A stretch of DNA of 64,000 nt from Spizellomyces punctatus DAOM BR117 (taxonomy: Eukaryota), in assembly GCA_000182565.2 (NCBI GenBank), contig KQ257457.1. One strand, 5' to 3'. Shown piece after piece: positions 53,582 through 64,000 of this stretch; the first letter of the stretch is position 1; each line of letters begins with the position of its first letter. Position numbers and translations under genes: made by a program. The notes beneath the pieces were generated by a model. The model was not told where the DNA came from, made no database searches, and was given only the letters and a program-made list of their open reading frames with translations.

Positions 53582-56500
53582 TTAATCATCCTAACCAGAA
53601 GCATCATCAGTGACAATCTCAATGTTTCGCGTAAAAACCTATACTTGACTTACCCACTCATCATCGTCCACTCCCTCCATCTCATCCTGGGGTAGCTTTT
53701 CTTCTTCAGCATCCACCCGAGCTCGCTCAAACATTTGTTGCATGCTCTGTGAGCGGGGAATTCAGTTGACATAAATGCAGCAAAATAGGGAATGACACTG
53801 GACATACAGCGGCCGCCCTCTCGGATTCAGATTGCTCCTGCTCCAACACCTGTGCGCGTCGCTCGACTTTGACTTCAACGGGCGCCTGGGATACTGTGGA
53901 AACGAGAATTGGTAGAGTTTCTCTCACATGTTACCCCAAAGAAACCATACATGAAATCATGTCGGATGGAGCCAGATTAATAAAGTCAGCAATTGCTTTT
54001 TCTCCCTTGAGCCATTCATCAATGTCCAGAAGTGGTTTCTCCACATCCCGAGTTGGAACGTAAATGTCGTCTTGGAAATACTCTTTCTGTAACCGCATTT
54101 TACATCAATACGTACAGCGAAAGTCGTCCGGTTTACTCTTACCTTGAGCCGCGGTACCGTGAACGATATTGTTTCAATAGCGGACTGCGTGATGCGATAT
54201 CCGTTTGCAACTGTTCGGTACTGCGTCAACCTTCCACTCAGCATTTACACACAACAATACTTCGCACCTTCGATCTCACGCACGTCACACGATCGCTTCG
54301 GCAGGAAGGACAAGCCTTGCTGCGTGCCGGGCGAATCAAATCTCGTCAAAAATATTGGACCATTGTCTGTTATCTCATAAATAAGCGTGTACGATTCTCC
54401 CTGTGAGTGAATCTTCAGCTTAGAGGCTTGCGTAAAATAGACCCATGTTAAGACACAGCAACACGCACCCGTCCCGTTAAATAAAGCACTGAGATGTCTT
54501 CATCATATATGGGAAGGAGGAGCGAGGGTGAGGTATCAATGGTAATGGAATGGAGTGGAAATGACAAGTTCTGTTCATCGTATATGTTGATTTCGCGTTG
54601 GCTGGCTCTATGAGTGCCCATGATGAGTCATTGCATAGTCTTACTCACGGATGCAGACCCAAAGAAACACGGACTTGCCGAATCCAACGGTCAACAGTCT
54701 ACCAGTAGAACCCAACCAAAGCACTCTACACCCTTTGACTCCCTCGTGACTGGGTCCACTCTGAAAACATATCACGACTCAAAAACAATGTCAAACACAT
54801 TAATACAACGATCACAGACCTGCAGCTCCTTCCCAGTCCGGGCATCAAATACACGTATAAACTTATCACGACACACAGTAGCCACTCTCTCTCCATCTAG
54901 TGTGAAAGCACAACCAAGAACCACATCCGGATGCGGTATTGTTGCAATCTCCTTTTGAGTTTTCAAGTTCCAAAGTTTCACGGATGGTGATCCTTGTTCT
55001 GGAGAGGCAGTCAACAAGAGATTCGAGACAGTGGGGTGAAAAAGGAGGAGACTGGTTCTATTTGTGTGGGCTTTGCAATCTCCATCAGTAATTATGGCAG
55101 ATATAAAAGACGATTCCCACCAGTATACCTGTAAAGTAGAGCGACGGTTCCACAGCATCATCTGCGATTCCATCTTCAGCCACGGTCCAAATGCGCACTT
55201 TCCCGTCATCAGTAGCTTATTGCAAGTTGTAAGCAACTTATTTCGACTACGCGTTAGCATGCCAAACTCCAACCTGTCGCAAGACATTTTTTATCAAACG
55301 GATTCCACTTGAAATCCAGTAAGTCAGCTCCACATATTATGGCGGGAATCTTGTACGGTAGCCGGCCAGTTTTATTCGTAGGCCAAATGCCAACCCTCCC
55401 ACCAGGACCCGCCATTGGAAATGCTAAAAGTCTTTCGTGTGCCTTTATCACGTATCTCAGAAAAATGAATTTCGCTAAACGACTCCGTTCACATGTACCT
55501 CCAATGCCGAGCTTTCCCCAGTCAAATTGGTGCTTAATCCCCTCAAATCTTCGTATTTAGGCTGACATTTCCCGCTCAGGAAGCGGTAGGCTGACTGTTT
55601 TGGAACAACGAACTTGGGCTGAGGTCTAGGAGTCGCATTGCTTTGAGACGGAGTCGGCGTGGCCTAATTTAAGATTAGTGTGCGGTTGGCAACTGGTTTT
55701 GTTACTTTGATACATACTGATTGCAAATCCTTGGCAGAAGATTCCCCAATGACCATTTTAGGCGTTGAAACGGAGGGCGTCGCGAGTGGGATAGATGCAA
55801 CGACTGGGATCTTGTCAACGGACGGAAGTTTCTTTGGGTCCAAACTAACAAGGTCCGGAAGTTTCGTTTTACCACTCAGCCATTCGGAAGCCGTCAGAGG
55901 GGGAGAAGTGGATTTGGTATCTGGGAAGATATCCGAATGGAATTCAATATGCGATTTCCTTGGCACTGTCACAGAAATAGGAATAATAGCACTGCCGTCT
56001 GAAGCAAGGGTCAAAATACGATTCACTTCACATTCCATGACGTTTAGAGCTCGCTTGGGCACAAGAGTCGCGGCGGTATACACTGCGTTTGAGTTGTACG
56101 GAAGGGCACCGGGAGACACCGGGGACGATAGATCGTCTGTTTTGATTTCCCACCAGCGTATACTGGTATCCCCCTTGCCCGCAAGGAATAGCATACCGGT
56201 ATCGCCATCATACAGGGGAGTAAGGATACCCGGCGACGTGTCAATTTTGTGCAAAGATAATGAAGACGACAGGTTGCGTGCATCCCATATGGCAAATTCT
56301 AATGGTGTGTACACGTTGATATGAGTAATTAATACAATCAAAAAACAATGATCCAGAACAACCTCGATCTCTTCGTTGGGAAAATCCAGTGCTCAAAATC
56401 AAATCAGAGCTGCCCAACCAGATCACTTTTGTTGGCTTTACGCCGGTATGGGCTTGACCTGACATTATAGCCGTTTCTGCACTACGCGGATCAAACACAC

Positions 56501-57183
56501 GCAGTATATTATCTTTACTCGCGCTCGCAAGGAGGGAACCATCGTCTTTCCAGCTAATCGATTGAACAAAATCTCCTGCAATTATGGTGTAAGATGCCTC
56601 TTCCGCTCTTACGTCCCAGATTTTGATCTCTCCGAGCCCAGACGTTGTAAACAGCCCTTCGGATGTGGGGTGGAAGAGCATATTCTCAACGCGTCGCTCA
56701 TGGCAGCGTCGCATAAATGTTGGACTCGACAAACTGTCGGTCAATCCGGTTTTCGGAACATCCCAGAATTTAACAGTACCATCATCTCCCGCCGTTGCTA
56801 GGACATCAGTATCTTTCCGCGTGTCCCATGGACTAAATTGGACTTCAGATATCATCCCAGAGCCTGCTTGCACAGTGGGTGCACCCGCCGCAATCTTGCC
56901 GGCATGTTTCAACGAAAGAACACCGACTGCGGTGCCAGAGGGTCCCGAGCGAAATGCAACGAGATCAGCGCTGGCATGGACCGGGGTGGAGTCGCCTGAG
57001 GTGTTTACATAGCCGCTGGGTAACGACCACCACTCCTATAGAACGGTGTGTTCGGGACAAACTATCAAAAAGCTTTCTCAAGCTTATACGAGCAACATTA
57101 ATACACAGAAAACAAACCTCACGCTTTGCTGCAGACAAGACTGAATTCCTATATTTGCTTAGGTTCTGAAAGCGCTTGGACAT
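53582..57183 (-). CDS. CORO7: Tandem coronin (coronin-7/POD-1 type)
   Basis: MSKRFQNLSKYRN start; two coronin WD40 units, each ending in a V-P-R motif (VPRKSHIEFHSDIFPDT; VPRLK...FQDDIY); acidic C-terminus GVDDDEWDD*. Confidence 0.88.
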
Positions 57184-57778
57184 GGCGGCGATTGCAGGCC
57201 AACTTTAGATGGCGTTGAAACAAGATGGTGCCAAGGGTTGTCGCTGGCCTAATGGCCAGTCGCGGTTATGGCACAGCCATCCATGCTTGTTGCTAGGCAG
57301 CACATGGCACAGCTCCGTGGGTCAGTTGGCGCTTTGGACCAACGTCCGCATTGCCCAATTGCCGATTTCTGTTTCTGCCATCGTTCCATAAGTCGCCCCA
57401 GGTGATTTCCGTTTTCATTTCCTTGCAAAGTAGTTGAAGGAAAGGCACAGTTGTTTGACGCATCTGGAATCTTTGCTGAATCCCCTCCAAGTGGTGAGTT
57501 GACGTACTGCAATGTCAGTCTTTAGTTTCTTGCAGTTGGAAGCAAGCAAGCAAGTTGACCAGTTGCGAACATGCACTCAACTTTGATTTCTGCTAGTTTC
57601 CATAGTCTTTGTAGTTGAACCGCACAAGGCAACAAATATTCAGTTATCGCTCGAGGGTCTTCGTGTCACCTACAGGAAGATACAGTTTTGCCCTGATGCA
57701 CCCTCTGCATCCTTACACTGCTAGCTGAGCAACGTCAGTTATTCCCCGGTATCGAAGCGCCGAGAACAGGCGTAGGGC

Positions 57779-60000
57779 ATGAACGGTGGATATCTCGCAC
57801 ATGGGGGGTTGGACCCGGCAGATGCAGACGCAGGACGAGGACAGTACCTCTATCGGACCGAAACTCAATCATCTGGCCGCAGCCGCAACAGCTTGGATGG
57901 GTCGGAGGGAGCGCCTTCACCAATAGGAACGGCGTTTATAGGGAGAGGGGCGTCCCAGAATTCATACTCGCGGGGATCTTTTCAAGACAGTTCTCACCGT
58001 GGCTCGATATCATCAGAAAGCTCAGGAAGGCAACGTTCACCACCCTTGCCCAATAGCACACCACAAAGCATGCCCGCTACAAAGCCAAGAGACGATGTTA
58101 TCCCCTCCCTTCCTCCACCGACCTTAAGAAGCCCCCTCTATTCAGCTGATGCGATGGTATTGCTATTTCCGCACCTTATTGACGCCATCGCGGGTAGCTT
58201 ACCAGCTGTATGTTCTCAAGTGGCATGCATTTGCTACCAGCAATGATTTTCTCATGCAGATTCCATATAGGATGCGTGGGAGTGGGCATCGACAGAAATT
58301 GCCGCACCTGTTATTTCCGTGAAAGAGGATGTCAAGGAAGAGAAGAAGGTATAATCCTTCAGCGGCATTGTAGTCGGGGATAATAGTAGTTTTCTGACTC
58401 ACTTACATTGTTAGGCCCCCGAAACTGTGGAGTCAGTATTACAAAAGGATGGGAGAGGTGAGTGCTAATATATTCGGTACAGTGGGATATTTCAGAAATT
58501 TATACCAAATCCAGGGCATGTGGTGTGGAATATGGTGGAAACGGAACGAAATTACGTGTCACAGCTCGGAATACTGCAAAATGTGAGCCAAACTTGTAGT
58601 TGGATCTCCATAGGGTCCTCTCGTTGAAAGATCTATTGTTTGACAGATTTTTCGTCAACGATTATTGGATCAAGGGATATTATCTGAGACAGCGGTCAAC
58701 CTTATTTTTGCGGGCATAGGTACGCGAGAGCTCGCAACGCCATCTGCGGCATCAATCTGAATATATCTGTTTTTTTCAGATGATCTGCATGTATTCCATT
58801 TGAAGTTCAGTGCCGAACTGGAGAAGCTTGTTGCAGTTGGGTCATGGTCTACCAAGGAGACACGAATTGGGGAGTTGTTTATTCGCTACGTACGTAGAGG
58901 GTTTGCGACCGCGACTGCAAGTGATCCTAACATTTCTTGGATTTTGCAGAAAGACGATCTGGTGCGGATATACACGAAATTCATTGACAGTTACGCTATG
59001 TCGCAGAAGCTTATGAAAAGGGAGGAGAAGGAGAATGCTGAGTATCAAGCATTCATGAAGGTATACGACGTGTTTCGGGTTGGTCGGATGCAGATCGGAC
59101 GTCTTACTCCTGAGACATGTGTAGGATGCGGTGAAATTGAAGGAAACTGGTCGTCAGCAGCTGAAGGTGCGCTCTTGACCTTTCACTCTACACAGCTCGC
59201 TGCCTTGCTGATGCCTTTCATAGGATTTCTTCATTTTGCCTGTCCAGCGGACGGCGAGATACCATCTTTTGCTGAAAGGTATGCGCATATAGATGAATAA
59301 AATTCCAGTTTTGTATCTAAATAACCGCTGGCCTTTCAAAGATCTGAAAAAGCGAACAGACGAATCGCATCCCGATTACCAAGATCTACAAACTGCATGG
59401 GAGGCCATGAATGAACTCGCTGCATCCGTGAACGAAAAGAAACGCAAAGAAGAAGAGGCAACCGGTCTTTTCGAAGCATTCGAACAAACGAAAAATTGTC
59501 CTCCAACCCTCATCAAACACACACGTAAACTAGTCCTCAACGCGGACGTTGTGGACCACCGCACTGCAAAAGTTATGCATTTGTTTTTATGCTCGGATCT
59601 GCTCATGGTCACACATCCGATTGGAAAAGGAGTCCTTCCGTTCGGACGGGATAAGGCGGAACATCTGTACAAGTTTGTACGATGGCTGGATTTATTGGAG
59701 ATTGAGGCGGAGTATATGGGCGGTCAAGGAGAAGGTGGGTCGTCTGCTGTGGGCATGTTTTCGAACACGAATTAAGCTCATTCACTATTTCTAGCATATC
59801 GAGACGTGGTAAAAGTCACCCATGATCCGAGCAAACGCGACCCGAGTGATTCCAGCACTCAGCCCCTCGAGCCTGGCGGATTCTCAATGCTCGTGAGATT
59901 CGAAGGAATGGACGCTACCAAAAATCGAAAAGATTTCTTAATGGCGATCCAGTCGGAGATCAAAAAGAATCAAGAGACGAGGAGAAAAGATGGGACATGA
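57779..60000 (+). CDS. Rho guanine-nucleotide exchange factor (DH-PH)
   Basis: MVETERNYVSQL, FFILPVQRTARYHLLLKDLKKRTDESHPDY, VNEKKR, HLFLCSDLLMV (PH). Confidence 0.88.
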
Positions 60001-61080
60001 AGTCTTCTGTAGGGGATGTAGGGGATGAGGCCTCCTGCCGAGAAAATCCGCCGCATTATTTTGGCTGGTGCTTTACGCCTTTGGAAGGGTTTTATGGTTG
60101 CTGGTGGTTGAAAGGCGACCTTGGTGTTTACAGGACCTTAATCTTCGTATAGGGCTAGTCTTAGTCAGGTTCTTATGTAGTAGAAACATGCTCCAATTGA
60201 CATTATAATTTTTGGAGCCCTCCTGACGGGATCCGCTGGGTTTTCCGATGTGAACAGAATGGGGAAGTCTTTCAACATGCGTAAATACTTAGTGTAGAGG
60301 TGACAGAAACTGGCACTAGCTACTACACCAGGGAATAAACCAGCGACAACTGGTTCGGAAAAGCTAACTCAGCTACTACTAGGCAATTATACACGCAATA
60401 CGTAATGGTTGGTTCTAACCGGATAATTGCCCACCACCACACACGGTCCCTACTAGGCCTTGATCCAGAACTCTTGATGGCATTGAAGCCAGAGTCTTCG
60501 CAACATTGGGGAGGCTCACAAGCTGGAGGATGTTCAGTGACAAGGCTTGGAGACTAGAGAAAAAAACTGCATGTCAGAAGATGACCCGATGACAAGAAAT
60601 GCAAGAAATGCCATCAATACATACCAACCAAGCTCAACTAATGTGGCAGCATAATAGTAGGTTTTGTTATCGGATCCGATTGGTTGCCGCTGGTTCTGAT
60701 CACGGTTGCTGTCGGGCGGTCGAGGTCCTCGACACCACCACATCGGCGTTCTCATGGTTGACCGAGTCGCGATGAGGTTGCAATGTGGGCCGCTATGAGG
60801 TTGCAATGTGGGTCGCAATGAGCGTTTGTGCAGATGCTTCGAGTCGAGGATGGGTAAAGAGGAAAGAGGGAAAAGGCCCCCCTTTTATAGACCTTTGGCA
60901 TGCGCCTCACCGCAGTTTAAAAAAAAAAAACATTACATGCATGCCACACCAATCTGAGCGATAGAGGGGGGTTCTGATTATGCGATATGATTAACCGGAT
61001 TAATCCGGATAATAATGGGTCCTAGTGCCATTTTCAATCACCTCCACACTATGTATTCCAGGTTTTCCTGTTGTAAGTAC

Positions 61081-63364
61081 TTATTCTGTAAAGAGCACAG
61101 CTCTGCCTCTGCTATATACCCTTTTCACAATATCTAGTCGAGGGAGTAAATTCTGAAAGTAGAGAGAAACTGTTCAACCTTATATAACCGACGTTTGCTG
61201 TGAGGTTCTAGCAGTACCTCAAACACCACCGCCAACTGATCCTCTCCTTTCGCCACAACCGCTAAGTAATATCTCACAGTCAATAGTGTGATGGCTTCGT
61301 TGATGATCAGGTCCGCGATATTGGAGAGAGGAATGAAGCGCGCAGTGGTCTGACCAAGTCTATTGCGGGTCTCAATTTGTATACCCAGAGTGCGAATGAT
61401 GAGAAGTGATTCTATAAGCTTGACTTTATGAGTAGCATGTGGGCATTGGCAGGGCGATAGTAGATTACCTCGGTGGACACTCAACAGTCTGGTCAACACC
61501 CAAACTACGAGTATCAGAGCAAATGGTAGGGAAAACTGCCAGCGGCTGAGGGAGCCCCCAAGCAGGTACTGTTTGAAAGGTTAAGCAAAAAAGAATGGCG
61601 ATCTATCCAGCACCATGGAACCTACCACGATAATTAAAATACCTGAGCATGTGGCTAAAAGGACCACGTCCAGGACACTCCAACCCGGATTTGCCTTCTT
61701 CACAACAAACTCAATTGCCCCTTCCCCCAATAATCGTTCTTCTAGGAGAAAGCCTCCATGAGAGTACGTGATGGTGTGCGGTCTTGGTTGTGATAGATCT
61801 GCACTGGTCGCTGAAGATGCGGGTTCTTCCGACGTGATGAGATCCGTACCCGAAGTGCTTAGAACAGGCTCGTTGAAAACCTGTCGAACATTCCCTTTCG
61901 CAAAAATCGGTTCAAATGCATGCGCCTTGATCATGCACGCCAATATTCCGGCATTAACAAGATAGAATATAGCACTAGCTGCCCAGAGCTCCCGAAACGT
62001 ATTGTGCCCGAGGTGCTCCAGGCGAAATGCTTGGGATAGCCAGAGAGCCTGTAAAACGTGTATGAGCAATCAGCTCTTGCGTTGAGTCGACTGCACCCAT
62101 ATGCCGACCTGACCCGCAACCCAAAGAGACAAGAGTCCAATACCGAGTTTCCATTGATCTGCCACAAGGCGGCTGCTAGGCAAAATAATGGGTAGAAAAC
62201 AGAGGTACCACATAAAATACTACATAGGAAAATGATCAGCACACGGAGTAGGATCCACAAGAACAGTCGATCCACCATCACACCTGAGAGGTACAAACTT
62301 TGTTCAACATAACAAAAGCAAATGTCTGCGCAAAGGTTGCGAATACGACATCTTTCGCGAGGACGGCCCCGACTACCGTTACTAGGCCAAGCTGTGGGGC
62401 AAACGAGAGGATTGAAATGATTCTTGAGATTAAGGGGCCGTTCAACACAGCAGATGCCGGTTCATGGGAAGAGAGGTACATGTGGTAGAAATACGGCGAA
62501 AAGTTGTGGCGGTGGTCTTTACGTGTGACGTGGTAGAGGTATGTTCCCTCAAGAAACTCATGACCATAACTACGGCGGGTGAGCTGAAATCCTCGTTCGG
62601 TTACAGAAGTGCAATACTACTCACATATAGTACATCAAGGCGGTCAGTGCAAAAAAAACACCTCCGCTGATGAAGCCGAACTCTAAGCGCTTCCAAGTGA
62701 AAAATGCCCTGACTCGCCGACCCACAGATGCGTTCCGGTACCTGTCCTGCGTCGCTGCTCTCCTCACATTATCAGTTGCTTTTGTCCTTTTTCCTTCCTC
62801 CCCCTCGAAATCGGAATCCAAAAATAACCAAAAAGGGACAGCATAAATAATAGGATAAATCTTAAAGTGTACGCCAATTCCAAACACGACGGCGCCTATT
62901 CGTCGCCATTTCTTTACAATCAACGCCCATAATACTGCCAACACTAACGCAGCAACTATACTCTCCGCATTTCCCCGCGTCGATATTGCGATAACGAACG
63001 GGTTGAGCATCCACACCGCTGCATACTTGCTTGCACGATGATCTCCCATACCGCGAGCAGTCAAGATCTCATGAATGAACCATCCTGCGACAAGATCACA
63101 TATGCAAAAGAGAATTTTTCCCCATAACGGGTGAAGAGTTATATTTGGAAGTACCAGATAAGCGAGCAGCGGTGTGTAGCGGTAGGTCGCTCGAAGATAA
63201 GGTGACAACCCTTGAGAAATATATCGGGCTCCATCGGTGAAAACGAGGTAGTCAATATCCGTGAATTTGACAACGGGATGTCTGTCTTGGTAAGCGCCAT
63301 AGATGAGGAACCCAGCGTGAAGTAGAATTGAAGCGAGGGTCAAAGTCTTGAAAGTTAATCCCAT
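61081..63364 (-). CDS. GPI14: GPI mannosyltransferase I (PIG-M/Gpi14) fused in frame to PIG-H/Gpi15 (GPI-GlcNAc transferase subunit)
   Basis: PIG-M: VKFTDIDYLVFTDGA, TYRYTPLLA, ISTRGNAES, HFKIYPIIY, NKVCTSQYF, QALWLSQAFRLE. No stop follows; the frame continues via GT-AG introns into PIG-H-type ESLLIIRTLGIQ...FIP...INEAI...YYLAV...VVFENLLPRL. Confidence 0.82.
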
Positions 63365-63592
63365 GGCCAGTCAAGTCCAGCGATCGGGCAGAGAGTTGCT
63401 GCCCTGCACTCTCGGCAAAACATCGGAGCCTCAAGTAAGCAGCGTCAAAGCCAACAGACGCGTCTCTGCTGTCTGGTGGAAGGCGAAGAGATCATGGGCG
63501 ACGAGACAGGAAAGTTTCGACATAGCGCGCTCAAAAGCAGATGGTCTGCCTAATAACAGCTGTCTATCGAATTCCATTCCTCAAACCGTACC

Positions 63593-64000
63593 ATGTTGGC
63601 CATCAAGAAACACGAGCAGTCTGGGACCGCGTCACTCTCTTGGCAACGAGTCTCCGCCGCACCTCCCAGACCACCGCTTCTACGAACAAGAACATTTCTT
63701 TCCCGGGAACTGGGTTCTTCGAATGCCCTAGATTTGAGTTACGGAAAAGGCGAACGGCCACTGGCTACGGTCTTGCGGGAAGCTGCAAATAGAGAGAGGT
63801 GGGTGTACGACGAAAAGGCGGTGGAACCTGCAGGTGGGTAATGGACGTAGGCTGTTTGCTCAGGTCTGTCAACGTCATGCCGCTAGATGGGTTTTGCTCT
63901 GTTGTGGCACTTATGTGTATCGCACGGTGGAGAGACTTAGCTCACTCGGTTCTAGTCCTATATTTTTCTTGTACTTGCAGAACGCCAATTTGAAGGAACT
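63593..64000 (+). CDS. Possible 5' end of an unidentified gene running off the window
   Basis: ORF MLAIKKHEQ...VEPA ends at a GT donor (~63834), with a ttgcag acceptor near 63980; head-to-head with PIG-M. No recognisable domain. Confidence 0.35.

Noticed and set aside
1-64000. tRNA, rRNA, CRISPR arrays, transposons
   Set aside because: GGTTCGA-like words lack cloverleaf context; no regularly spaced repeats, LTRs/TIRs or mobile-element ORFs were seen.

Overview
Compact, intron-rich eukaryotic DNA (short ~55-90 nt GT-AG introns, about 30 genes, short intergenic spaces, many head-to-head pairs). Fungal-type housekeeping genes occur together with axonemal genes (CFAP65, a WDR49-like EF-hand/WD40 protein), which points to a zoosporic (chytrid-type) fungus; this assignment is inference. 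Recognisable genes: ArfGAP-like 3' end, COQ1, REX4, a USP protein, a DUF2470 membrane protein, CFAP65, DUF4360, FAM72, uS11m, NAE1/ULA1, a RasGEF, NOP58, H2A.Z, a stand-alone MEKHLA protein, a POS5-type NAD(H) kinase, two SDRs, an Alba-like protein, an F-box/LRR protein, a trans-sulfuration enzyme, a BCAA aminotransferase, Artemis/SNM1C, coronin-7, a RhoGEF and PIG-M/PIG-H. Two apparent in-frame fusions stand out. (1) An Artemis-type MBL/beta-CASP nuclease carries a bacterial-like thiamine-phosphate-synthase (ThiE/TenI) barrel in the same exon as its last beta-CASP motif. (2) GPI mannosyltransferase I (PIG-M/Gpi14) reads without a stop into PIG-H/Gpi15. No rRNA, tRNA, CRISPR array or recognisable transposon was seen. 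Exon boundaries were read by eye and family calls come from motif recognition, not database searches.
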